Positions 19,761-29,730 of a stretch of DNA of 64,000 bases are shown here, one piece after another. The stretch is taken from IMG/VR virus record IMGVR_UViG_3300012162_000002, positions 3,096-67,095 of that record; one strand, given 5' to 3'. The translations under genes were made by a program, and so were the position numbers. Source of the DNA: a virus. The notes under the pieces are model-generated. The model had not been told where the DNA came from. It was given only the letters and a program-made list of their open reading frames with translations, and did no database searches. How positions within the stretch are numbered: position 1 is the first letter of the stretch; the number at the start of each line of letters is the position of its first letter.

Positions 19761-22502
19761 CTAGTTTTTACTTTTTCTCCAATACTCTCTCTTTTTGCGT
19801 TTATTTTCTTCATACTGACACGATTCACACCTGCGAGCTTTAGTGTTTAAAACATCTACTTCAATCCAATCTCCACAATCAACACACTTAATAATTCTTG
19901 TATCCCTTGGTCTGATATTCTTATTAAGATTTTCAACAATATATTTTCCGTAACAGAACCATAAGGATTCCTTGAACTTACTTTTCTTTTTATCATACAA
20001 ATATTTAACCAACATATCGCATACTTCTGATTCAGAATATCCAAAATAAGACAACTGCTCACGTATATCTTTTGCTATATAATTTATATTATTTTTCATA
20101 TCATCTTGCATATTTACTTTAAAGTGATATTTCTGGTTTAACTCGTCGTATTTATCAATAACAGTCATATTAATTTGAATTTCAGGATGTTTCATAAGTA
20201 ATCTGTAGTCAATTTTACCTATATTTGCTTTTCTGAAATTAAGTCTTATATTTGGTATGATATCATCAAGCTTATTCACTAAACTACTATTCATGGCCAC
20301 AACCTGATCTTTCGTTTTATCTTTTGCATAAGTAAAGAACGCTGGAACTTTTAAGTTGGAGATTTTTTTGATTAAATCATTTTTATCTTTTGGTCTGATT
20401 GGTTTGTACAGTGTTTTGGCATAGTCAATACAGAAATTATTCTCCATACATAATATCTTTACAATATTAATTGCTTCCTGTTTTTCTTTATCAGAGCCAT
20501 TTATAAAAACATCACTATTCCATATTTTTGAAATGTCATTACTATAAGCTCCAATATTACCACCTACAAATGCTGCATTTAATCCGTTATAAATATTTTC
20601 ATTATTCAGTTTCTGAGGTTCCGCTTTTCTCATATTATAATAAAGTGGAACAATACCGTTCATATTACGCTCTGCGATGTGAATAAAATTCTGATCTCCT
20701 GTAACCAACGATTTATCACCGTCAAAATCACATTGGAGAACCTTACTAATTAAATCATGTGAGCTTATATAAACGCCACTTGTTACAAACCATTTTCGTA
20801 TTTTTTCATTTCTATCCTCGAATGCCTTATTTGCAACATTATATCTAATGGCATGTTCCTTGTATAAATGTGGACTTCTCAAACAATCTAACTTCTCCTC
20901 ATGTTTGAATAACCAGCAGAAAACTTCACCATCAGAGAGTAATCCATTTGGTTGCTTAATCTGACCAAACCAATATTCACACGCCGCATAATAATCTGGG
21001 AGTATAAAAGTATATCTACCATTTATTTCTAGTTTCCCAGATTTATATTCCTTTGTTAGACTATCCTTTATATCCCTTATGACTATTTTTAAATACTCAT
21101 CATTCAGGAGGTTAGGATATATTTTGATTGCCTGCTGTAAATAAGTCATCTTTGTATTATATGGAGTTACACCAAAAGCCGACATCATGTTCTCTTTGGA
21201 TGAACAAAGATTGTTAAGTTTATCAACGGACTCGCTTGCAATCATTTTAATTTCATCATCTGAAATATTAGTGAGCGTTTGTAACATCTGATAATTAATT
21301 TTCGCTTTCTTGATGCGGTTTTCTTCAATATTACACAGACCTGCAGTGCACTTGTGATCTTTGTAACAATTTATATAGTCATCCCAAGATTCATAATATT
21401 TCCACATTTTAAATTGGCTTTTAGTGAAAATTATCTGAATATTTTCAGCGACAACATCATGTTCTTGTCCGTAAATATCTTTAATCACTGGGGAGTAATT
21501 ATTTTCATCTATCATTTTAATGAAGTCAAATACTCCCAATAGACCCTTTATCCATGGCGCACGGAACATTGCATTTTTATTTAGCAGAGATGGTAATGCC
21601 ATTCCTGCTCCATCCGTATGTGATATAGGAACATAATCTGACTTCCTGATAATCGAATAATCTTTATCATCAATGAAATCATAAGTTCCAAACACATCCG
21701 TTTCAAAATCATCAATTACAATACACTTATCAATATTAAATTTCTTCCATTCATCTGTTGCGGAATTAGAGAGGGCTAAATATGCCAAATGCTTATTTAC
21801 ATTATTCCCGCCTTTTTCGTTTATTTTATCTATCGTAAGTCCGCACATAATAGTTTCTTCATATTCGTTCCAAACAGATTCTTTAATGAATACTGCCTTT
21901 TTCTTGCGGATCTGCCCCGCAGAAGAAGTGTAATATTTATATTTTTCCCCATTATATGTAAATCCAAAATGAAAAATATCTTTGAAAACATCAAAATAAT
22001 AAATTTGCACTACCATCAAATCATCTGTAAGTTCATCTTGCTTCAAACCAATCATACGGGTAAGTGATGATTCAAATAAAGAAATTATATTACTCTCTTT
22101 AAGATTCTCCGATTTTATTTCCCTTACATTTTTTTTACCTTTTGATATTATATTTTGTCCTACTTTATTGGCGAGAACCTTTAATAATTTTTTCTTTGAT
22201 TGCCTAGCTTTATATCCTTTGTGTCTCATTAAATGATTCCAATAAAGATATTCTCTTAATACTTCCCCAGTATCAGAAATATAATTTTCCATTTCATTTA
22301 TTTCGCCAGATTTAAATTTATCTAAATCTATCTGCTTGTAGCCCAGTAAATATAACAGATCTTCAAATTCTATAAATTTATTTTTAATATAATTTCTTTC
22401 CTGTCGGTACTTCCTGTTCTGATTGTGTAAATAGGATTCGTAGTTACTATAAAAGTGACCGGTGTCAACACTGTATAAGTTAATCTGTTTATCTAAAGCC
22501 AA
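19761..22502 (-). CDS. yonO: YonO-like single-subunit RNA polymerase (RdRP-related double-psi-barrel family)
   Basis: Catalytic CDFDGD motif, RSPHL, HTDGAG and PWIKGLL motifs, C-terminal CVDC...CESC; synteny with HU and the late operon. Confidence 0.85.
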   Translation of the reverse strand: MALDKQINLYSVDTGHFYSNYESYLHNQNRKYRQERNYIKNKFIEFEDLLYLLGYKQIDLDKFKSGEINEMENYISDTGEVLREYLYWNHLMRHKGYKARQSKKKLLKVLANKVGQNIISKGKKNVREIKSENLKESNIISLFESSLTRMIGLKQDELTDDLMVVQIYYFDVFKDIFHFGFTYNGEKYKYYTSSAGQIRKKKAVFIKESVWNEYEETIMCGLTIDKINEKGGNNVNKHLAYLALSNSATDEWKKFNIDKCIVIDDFETDVFGTYDFIDDKDYSIIRKSDYVPISHTDGAGMALPSLLNKNAMFRAPWIKGLLGVFDFIKMIDENNYSPVIKDIYGQEHDVVAENIQIIFTKSQFKMWKYYESWDDYINCYKDHKCTAGLCNIEENRIKKAKINYQMLQTLTNISDDEIKMIASESVDKLNNLCSSKENMMSAFGVTPYNTKMTYLQQAIKIYPNLLNDEYLKIVIRDIKDSLTKEYKSGKLEINGRYTFILPDYYAACEYWFGQIKQPNGLLSDGEVFCWLFKHEEKLDCLRSPHLYKEHAIRYNVANKAFEDRNEKIRKWFVTSGVYISSHDLISKVLQCDFDGDKSLVTGDQNFIHIAERNMNGIVPLYYNMRKAEPQKLNNENIYNGLNAAFVGGNIGAYSNDISKIWNSDVFINGSDKEKQEAINIVKILCMENNFCIDYAKTLYKPIRPKDKNDLIKKISNLKVPAFFTYAKDKTKDQVVAMNSSLVNKLDDIIPNIRLNFRKANIGKIDYRLLMKHPEIQINMTVIDKYDELNQKYHFKVNMQDDMKNNINYIAKDIREQLSYFGYSESEVCDMLVKYLYDKKKSKFKESLWFCYGKYIVENLNKNIRPRDTRIIKCVDCGDWIEVDVLNTKARRCESCQYEENKRKKREYWRKSKN

Positions 22503-22781
22503 TGTATAACCACCACTTTTATTTTATATAATTTACTTATATCTTTCTCCTCCATTTCATATTAAATTTTCATAGCACATATTTGTTTGAATTTAAACGA
22601 TTCACTAGTCTCTATCTTTCTCAATAATCAATAAGCCGCCAAACCTATTGTTATTTCTATTAATTAATACATAAATTTTACATCAATGTTCTTTACCCTA
22701 TACTTATATCATCTTTACCGTTAGAATTTTCTGTGTACAGTAGCGTATGTATGTAGATTCAACATATAGGTATTCCACACA

Positions 22782-23084
22782 TTATTTAGTACGTGAATTT
22801 CTTAAACGTTCCCCAACTGCCTGTTTTTGTTCATCAGTCATATTCTTCTTTACAGCCTTACCTCTAAATGAAATCAAAGATTTAGGATTACAGCGATAGG
22901 TGGTAAACACTTCGTCTTTTGCGATAATTTCCCAACGGCCCGGATTTTCAGCCACTAATTTATTTAACCTTGTCTTCTGTGTGCTGTCCGATGTGCAAAT
23001 CGTAGCGTAATTATTTACTCTTGAATATTGTACCGTTGTTTCCTGTTCTTCAAATAAGCAATATGCTGTTCCATTCTTTCCCAT
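22782..23084 (-). CDS. hypothetical protein
   Basis: ORF with GGAGG RBS. Confidence 0.7.
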   Translation of the reverse strand: MGKNGTAYCLFEEQETTVQYSRVNNYATICTSDSTQKTRLNKLVAENPGRWEIIAKDEVFTTYRCNPKSLISFRGKAVKKNMTDEQKQAVGERLRNSRTK

Positions 23085-23112
23085 TATTTTTCCTCCAATA
23101 TTTATGATTTTT

Positions 23113-23316
23113 TTAATATGTTGACTTTTCTCTGGTTCTAAGCAACTGTGACTGTATATGTAAAGAATCCTTGTCCCAATGATCAGCGGGATAGAAATCT
23201 TGTTCTGTGAGTACCGGGTGTGGCTTACGGTGAAACTCCTCGCGGGTTGGTATAGGTCTTGGCTTGTAGTTTGAATTAGTTTTAGTTGAGTTGTTAATTC
23301 TCATTGCTTTTGTCAT
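23113..23316 (-). CDS. hypothetical protein
   Basis: ORF with AGGAG RBS. Confidence 0.55.
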   Translation of the reverse strand: MTKAMRINNSTKTNSNYKPRPIPTREEFHRKPHPVLTEQDFYPADHWDKDSLHIQSQLLRTREKSTY

Positions 23317-23356
23317 TGATTATTATTTTCTCCTTTTTTATTTTATTATGAATTTA

Positions 23357-23659
23357 TTATTCAAAATCACAGGGTTTATAGTTCTTGAAAAATTTATCAG
23401 CTATTACACTTCCGTTTTTCATCACAATGCCTCGCGGTAAGGATTGACGAAAATAAGAAATTTCTAATATGCAATCGTCATGGTAGCTTTCTAAAAACCA
23501 CTTCATAACACATAATATTTGTTTCATTGCTACCAAACCGTAATGCTTCTGTAATATTCGAGACTTAAAAATGGTTCCTATTTTAATAATATCAGGATTA
23601 TACAGGTCATCAAATTCCTTATAAAATTCTTTCAAAAATTTTTCATCTTTCTTTTTCAA
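23357..23659 (-). CDS. hypothetical protein
   Basis: ORF overlapping the upstream gene stop. Confidence 0.6.
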   Translation of the reverse strand: MKKKDEKFLKEFYKEFDDLYNPDIIKIGTIFKSRILQKHYGLVAMKQILCVMKWFLESYHDDCILEISYFRQSLPRGIVMKNGSVIADKFFKNYKPCDFE

Positions 23660-24591
23660 CTCAGTTCCTCCTCTGATAGATATTTGTTAAAAATATCCGT
23701 ATCTCTTATTTTTTCAATGTGGCTATCTTGTCCGTCTTTTTCATATAGGGATTGATATTTCTTATTTTCGGACTTTACGTAGTGATAAATCTGAAGTATT
23801 TCTTCATGTGAATATTCGCGCCCATTGACTAACCCGTTATATTTTTGAGCCTTACTGCGGTTATTATTGCTTTTCTCTTTTTTACCAGTTACATAATTAT
23901 AAGATCCCTTATATTTTTTGACGTTTGTTGCAAATTCATCAATATATAATTTATCCTCTGATCGCCCATACACATTCGCCAAAGATTTAAGGTTGTTTTC
24001 TTTTTGATCTAAAATGAAATCATTTGAACGATTTATATATAAAAGACCATTCTGCTCCAATAATTTGTTATATTCAATAATACTCCTTTGGGATATTCCT
24101 GATTTATTCGAAATAAATGACATAGGCAAATTCCCAACCACCCGATTTTTCGAATCAACCACATTTAAATATACGGTTATGTTACCGTGCAGGGTTCCGA
24201 TAAGGAAAATAAAATATTTCAATATCAAAAACTTATTTCTTGAATTGATGTTTAATATTTTTTTTATCTCATCATGATTGATGATGGTAAACTTGTCCTG
24301 TTCAGTATCTACCGTTATTTTTCCAAGGTTTAAAATATAACGCTTATCAGAACGGTATATGGCATTAACAATATCCTGATCAATTAATTCTTCTAATCCA
24401 TGCTTAATGGATTTTACAAATTTTCTTGATGGTGAACTACTGCCTGAGAGATAAAATGCCATCTGGTCAATATTTACATGATACTCGCTTAAATCTTTTT
24501 TCATTATGATTCTTAATCCACAATAGGCAGCTACCCCATAAGGAGTTATTTCTGACGAAGATGTTACTTCCTCAGATAAGTACAATTGCAT
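23656..24591 (-). CDS. winged-HTH protein, possible replication initiator
   Basis: MSFISNKSGISQRSIIEYNKLLEQNGLLYI wHTH-like segment; function inferred only. Confidence 0.45.
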   Translation of the reverse strand: MQLYLSEEVTSSSEITPYGVAAYCGLRIIMKKDLSEYHVNIDQMAFYLSGSSSPSRKFVKSIKHGLEELIDQDIVNAIYRSDKRYILNLGKITVDTEQDKFTIINHDEIKKILNINSRNKFLILKYFIFLIGTLHGNITVYLNVVDSKNRVVGNLPMSFISNKSGISQRSIIEYNKLLEQNGLLYINRSNDFILDQKENNLKSLANVYGRSEDKLYIDEFATNVKKYKGSYNYVTGKKEKSNNNRSKAQKYNGLVNGREYSHEEILQIYHYVKSENKKYQSLYEKDGQDSHIEKIRDTDIFNKYLSEEELS

Positions 24592-24776
24592 ATTTTAATA
24601 GTTCCTTTCATAAAAATATTTTTCCCATGGTGCATGAAAGTGCAAATTCTTGTACTCTCTATCTAAGACGTTTTGACACGAGAGTACAGAAATCGAACAT
24701 TTCGCGCACACAATTCAATAGTTACCTTATTATTCAATATATATGTATCTAATTCTACACTCCTTTCGGAGTGCCC

Positions 24777-25670
24777 TCACATTGTTACGCTTACATTTGA
24801 GTTTTCATCCATGAGAATTTTATTTTCCAAATTTAATTTCCTCCTCTCAATCAGCTCGTCAATAATAGTTCTCTTATGTATTGGCTTCTCTTCCTGGATA
24901 CCTAACCCTTCCAATTTTGAGTCCAGTGTAAATGTGAACATATCCCTTACTTCTTTGTAATGCTCTATAGCAGTCAGAGGATATGGCTTGTCCACTTGAA
25001 ACTCACATTCGTACATGCTTACATAATCTGCGACTTCTATGTCATAGGTATCCTCGGTTTCCCGGATCATCATATGGATGATATTTGGTAGAGTAAGCTG
25101 CTCACTGCTATTGGCGTTTATGTATTTCAATATGGAATTCAACTTATCAAACGTTTTGGAAGTCCATCTGGAATATCGTTTCTTTGGCAGCTTGGGTTGG
25201 CTTTGCTGTTCTTCAATTTTAGATAGTCTGTCTGATATTGAGGTCATTGCTTCTGTCACTGGTTTTAGTGTGGATGAGAATGCTTCTGCAACTTTATTAA
25301 AATCTATTGATTGCTGATTAGGTTCCTCATTCCTATACTTCTCCACAATATCCCACACCCAGTCCATGAACTTGTTGGCGTTAGGTTTATTACTCCACCG
25401 GCAGATTTCCATGATGCCTTTTTCGGAATAAAGATGTGTCCTATACAACTTCCCGTCAGTACCTTCCAGTTTGGTAGTTACTGATAACGAATCGAGTCTG
25501 TCCTTATGACGAATATGAATTTTTGTTATTGCTGTAGACGGATCAGCATAGCCAAGTGCTGTCCCAACTTGTTCTCTGGTTAATAAGATATCATCATTCA
25601 TGTTGCGGTAGAAATTACATTCAATTTCTCCAAAATTTTCTGTGGTTACTAATTTTAAATTACTAATAAT
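24777..25670 (-). CDS. BRO-N domain (antirepressor-like) protein
   Basis: FGEIECNFY...LTREQVGTALGY...LYSEKGIMEICRWSNKPNANKFMDWV; frame extends 23 codons to ATT after the AAGGA RBS. Confidence 0.85.
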   Translation of the reverse strand: MISNLKLVTTENFGEIECNFYRNMNDDILLTREQVGTALGYADPSTAITKIHIRHKDRLDSLSVTTKLEGTDGKLYRTHLYSEKGIMEICRWSNKPNANKFMDWVWDIVEKYRNEEPNQQSIDFNKVAEAFSSTLKPVTEAMTSISDRLSKIEEQQSQPKLPKKRYSRWTSKTFDKLNSILKYINANSSEQLTLPNIIHMMIRETEDTYDIEVADYVSMYECEFQVDKPYPLTAIEHYKEVRDMFTFTLDSKLEGLGIQEEKPIHKRTIIDELIERRKLNLENKILMDENSNVSVTM

Positions 25671-27397
25671 AAATCATCCTTTCTTTCTGAAATTTGGTTA
25701 ATAGGTTACGATGATGTGATTATAAGGTTATGGATGGGATATGCAGTAGACGCATTTTTAATGGGTCTAAGGTAATATACACTTTTTGTCTTTGGAAGTT
25801 ACCCTTGTAATTCTAAAAACTTTATAAACTTTTATTTTGTTATTTTTTATATTGCTTACGGAGCTAATGCCAATACTGAATTTTTCTATAGTTAGAATAG
25901 TAAATTTCAGATTTAATTATCTCAGACGATACTTTTATCATCTGTAGTATGGTAGGTGACTGTTTTAAGGAGTACAGCTTGTACAGAATCAACATATGGG
26001 TATCTGGTGAGTTATTTGGTTGGTGGTTCTAATGGAGAGTAGTTTTATTTTCCATATACAAGTCAGTTTGTCCAGGTTCCTCGATGAGGATAGGGTGATG
26101 CTTTTTTTGCATCTATAGTAATATACACTTTTCAGATTCGAAAGTTACCCCTGTTTTGAAAAAAATTAAATTATTTTTTGGTTACTTCGGTGAGAGGGTA
26201 TTTTATAGAAGAAGTTTTGCTTTAGGAATGGGAGAGAAGTATTGATTTTACTGGCTTTATGAGAGTTTTGACTAGATTTATGGATGAGAAGGTTTCTTAT
26301 ATAATAGAAATAATTTCGTGAGTATATGGCGAAAACGGTGTTCGTTCGGCTGAAGGTGCTTAAATACTGCATTTGTTGGGATTTAGGATGGAATAATTGG
26401 ATGATTGGAGAAAAAATAGGTGGTTGAAATGTGAGAAAATCCAGTGTTTATGCATGTTTGCTCGAAGCGAGTACCGAAGTATTTTGGGTGATTTTAGGGG
26501 TTTCGGAGTTGAATTTGGGATGTGAGGAGTGAGTGGAACACATACACTGTTTTTGGCAAAAATGGACATGCTCTAAAATGTAAATATACCCCCTCAAGGC
26601 GCATAAACAGGGGCTTTCTGGGTATCCTGGAGGTTGTTTCAATGGCAAATCAGGGCATGAAAAATGAGATAGAAAATGATAAATTATAGTGTAATAGTAT
26701 AGTAGTATATCATAATTATATTACTACGATAGACGTAGTAAAAGTTCGAATCTGTCAAGTAAAATTACTTGACAAAAATAATAATAACAATAATCATTAC
26801 TATTAACACAAAACAATATAAAACTAAATAAATAATCAAATAATAGTAATCATTACTAATATCATGCCAAATCAACTCCATCTAACAATCATGTCAAGTA
26901 CTTTTACTTGACACTATCATATATTACTACGACAGTCATAGTAAAGTATACTTTACATTAAACTGCATCTAAACACGACATAATTATGACATGTTTAAAA
27001 TACAATCCTACATCTTCCATATTTCTATTGATCAATCCATCACATCCACCTAAACACTTATGATAAGTATACTTGACAATACCTAACATAAATATACACA
27101 AATCTGCTATTTTATCAATCCACTTAATCCCATTTCAACCCCATATATCCCTCTTCATTCTATCTTATTCGTTACTATTGTGCAATATTACAACAACCCA
27201 ACACGCACTCACACAATCCATCCTATACAATATAACCAATTATTACGCTTATTACACGTCATATTTTATGCACTATCCATTTTCTGACATTGCCAACTAA
27301 CACGCATAGTATTATACTGCATATACAGACACAACATAGTGTTGCATAATTGTTACGCTAACATATTTCCTGCATTATATTATAGTTACATTTGCTA

Positions 27398-27426
27398 TTG
27401 ACAAACAAGTGTTTGCAGTATATTAT
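27398..27426 (+). promoter_or_regulatory. sigma-A promoter with SOS-like box
   Basis: TTGACA-17-TATTAT; AAACAAGTGTTT between the hexamers and AAACAAGTGTTC at 27447-27458. Confidence 0.65.
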
Positions 27427-27632
27427 ACTAAGCACAGATATAACACAAACAAGTGTTCTGTTTTATAGGCTGACTAAAAATGTATTGATATATGCACACA
27501 CTTAAACAACGTCTTAAAACGTCCATATAGACACTTAAAATGATCAACCCTAATGTGCACTAGCATAAAGTATATAAAATCAATTCTAGACGCTATACAC
27601 GGCGTTACAATGGCTATTGGTATATTAGCAGC

Positions 27633-27670
27633 AAAAACAAAACGCCATATGAATTAAATATGGCGTTGAG
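27633..27670. terminator. probable bidirectional intrinsic terminator
   Basis: AACGCCATAT/ATATGGCGTT hairpin between convergent units. Confidence 0.6.
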
Positions 27671-27712
27671 ATATAGTATAAATTATAGGGTTATAGGTAT
27701 TGTAATAGTTAC

Positions 27713-28042
27713 TTACTTGTCTGCATCCGTATTGTTAGTATCCTTAATTACATCGTAGTTACTATTATCGTCGTTATAATAAGCTTGTAGGCGGTTTAAA
27801 CGCTCCATGAGTGTATTATTATCCGCAGGTTGTACATCTATATTAAACGTGCAATCTATAGCATCTAAAAGTTTTTGTAAGTCCGCAAGTGTTATGCTTT
27901 GATCTCCATTTAGCAGCCTATACATTTGTTGTCTACTAACACCAACATGTTGCGCAATATAACTTACGCTTATACCCTTTTGTTTAATTATTGTATTTAT
28001 TACAGCACCAAATTGCTTATTATTATCATATTTTATTAACAT
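27713..28042 (-). CDS. Cro/CI-type HTH transcriptional regulator
   Basis: ISVSYIAQHVGVSRQQMYRLLNG HTH. Confidence 0.85.
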   Translation of the reverse strand: MLIKYDNNKQFGAVINTIIKQKGISVSYIAQHVGVSRQQMYRLLNGDQSITLADLQKLLDAIDCTFNIDVQPADNNTLMERLNRLQAYYNDDNSNYDVIKDTNNTDADK

Positions 28043-28145
28043 TTTAACCTCCTATATATACTAACGATTATTACTTATATAACAGTATACATTAGTGTAA
28101 TAAAAAAGTAAAATAAAATTAATTTTACAAATCGTAAATATACAC

Positions 28146-28174
28146 TTGACATATTGTAAAGATTCTGATATTAT
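28146..28174 (+). promoter_or_regulatory. sigma-A promoter (extended -10)
   Basis: TTGACA-17-TATTAT with TG upstream of the -10; divergent from the HTH gene. Confidence 0.75.
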
Positions 28175-28180
28175 AAATAC

Positions 28181-28715
28181 AAGCTTAAATATAAGCTTAA
28201 AAACAACTAAATAAGCAAGCAAGAAGTTGGTCAGCTAAGATAGCAGCGAGGAAAAGGATAACAACCTGACAGCGAGAGTAACAGAAAATAAGTTCTGTGA
28301 AGCTGTGTAGACCTGTCGGAAATGATACAGCCGCCAACGAATAGCACGAAAAAGTGACAAACATACGGCAATACTTGTTAACTGACAGAAATTAGTAAGT
28401 AGTTAATACTATAACAAGCAACCGGAGCGGTGTGTAAAGTAAAACGTGCGAAGCGAGATATCACAGCACTTATTTAGTTGTTTTAGTGGTATTGCGGTAA
28501 CTGCGTAAAACGAACCTTATTACAGGTCGCAGCGTTGCCACGTAATAATTGTAACCAGACAAAAAAGTACCTGTCAGACGGCAATCTAACAGGCACAGGG
28601 AATATAGGCTAGCTATACTCACACAAATATACATCGTAAGTATAGCAGAAACGTCTAGATCTGTCAATCTCTGGCAGTAATTCCCAACACTTTACTAGGA
28701 TTTTTGAATATTGAA
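28181..28715 (+). ncRNA. candidate large structured ncRNA/leader 1
   Basis: No credible ORF; several helices visible (28281-6/28293-8, 28302-8/28325-31, 28570-4/28589-93, 28612-9/28639-46); strong promoter upstream. Confidence 0.5.
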
Positions 28716-28778
28716 CCTTGAAAAGTGAATAAAAGTGTATTAGATTTTTCTTATATCATATGGTATAATCATTCTTAA

Positions 28779-29015
28779 ATGGAGGTGATTTTTTTGAAAC
28801 TAACAATCCAACAAAAGATTGATATAGCCTGTAAATATGCCGGAATAAGCCAAACGGAATTAGCAAAGCGGTTAGGAACAACGCAAGGAGCATTTTGGCA
28901 ACGACTAAAAACTGGTAAATTTTCGGACTCTGATTTTGAAAACATAGCAAAAGCATTAGGGGCAGAATATCACTCTGGATTTAGGTTCCCAAATGGCTAT
29001 GATATAGAGGACTAG
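28779..29015 (+). CDS. Cro/CI-type HTH protein
   Basis: ISQTELAKRLGTTQGAFWQRLKTG HTH; GGAGG RBS. Confidence 0.85.
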   Translation: MEVIFLKLTIQQKIDIACKYAGISQTELAKRLGTTQGAFWQRLKTGKFSDSDFENIAKALGAEYHSGFRFPNGYDIED

Positions 29016-29033
29016 AAAAAACTTTTAAATTAA

Positions 29034-29074
29034 TAGAAAAACCTATTGATAATTAGAAAAACCTATGATATCAT
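29034..29074 (+). promoter_or_regulatory. sigma-A promoter with tandem operator-like repeats
   Basis: TTGATA-17-TATCAT overlapped by TAGAAAAACCTAT x2 (29034, 29054). Confidence 0.65.
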
Positions 29075-29339
29075 TGTATTATCAACAAAAGGAAATAGAG
29101 AAAAGGCAGCACACAAGCCTGAACAACTTTAGCAGCTACCTTTTCCAGCAACACTTGATAATACAAGCGATACATTAAATCTAACACATTTTTATTCGCT
29201 TTTCAAGTGTATTCACACAAAAATTTCCTAAATTATGCAACTTAATAATTTGTAAAAAAGTGGAGTGCTTTCTTACATAGCAACCGAAAAACCGTAACAT
29301 TCGTTTTTCGCAAGGAGGTTTTCATAAAAAATAAAAAAT

Positions 29340-29730
29340 AAAACGAGAATCGAGCGTAACCGCAAAATGGGTAGGGAAACACCATTAAATTGTTTCCGCT
29401 GTCAACTGGACAGTCTGACTACATCCCAGATAGATGGGCGAACCATCCGAGACGTAGTAGGGATACCACCCTAAACCAGAACATATACATATAGAGACGC
29501 AACAACGTCAAGAGCTTATGCATTTGCTGAATCTGGAAATGTGATCCGTGGAGAGGTATATCCATAGCGGAAACGAGAGTCTAGTTACTATTATATAGGA
29601 CAACTCAACAATCGTGATAATTAACCTGTCAGAGTAGGGAGTCAGGCGAAAACTGATTTTTGAAACTGTATAACATATAGTTGTAGAAAACCGTGGTAAT
29701 TAAATCCGCTACACAAAAAAGCGGTATACA
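29340..29730 (+). ncRNA. candidate large structured ncRNA 2
   Basis: No ORF, GC-enriched; long-range helix 29392-400/29566-74 and at least five local hairpins. Confidence 0.5.

Noticed and set aside
1672-24960. Plus-strand ORFs in the left arm (e.g. 1672, 2410, 2849, 9576, 12577, 21789, 24014) and minus-strand ORFs in the right arm
   Set aside because: They are antisense shadows of well-supported genes, with no RBS or family motifs.
26166-27300. Short ORFs in the switch region
   Set aside because: Low-complexity translations of skewed non-coding DNA with no RBS.
28470-28956. Minus-strand ORFs 28470-28667 and 28756-28956
   Set aside because: No RBS; they overlap a structured plus-strand transcript and the HTH gene.
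29340-29730. Group I intron or RNase P RNA
   Set aside because: No convincing P7/R-S elements or GAGGAAAGUCC core, and no interrupted host gene.
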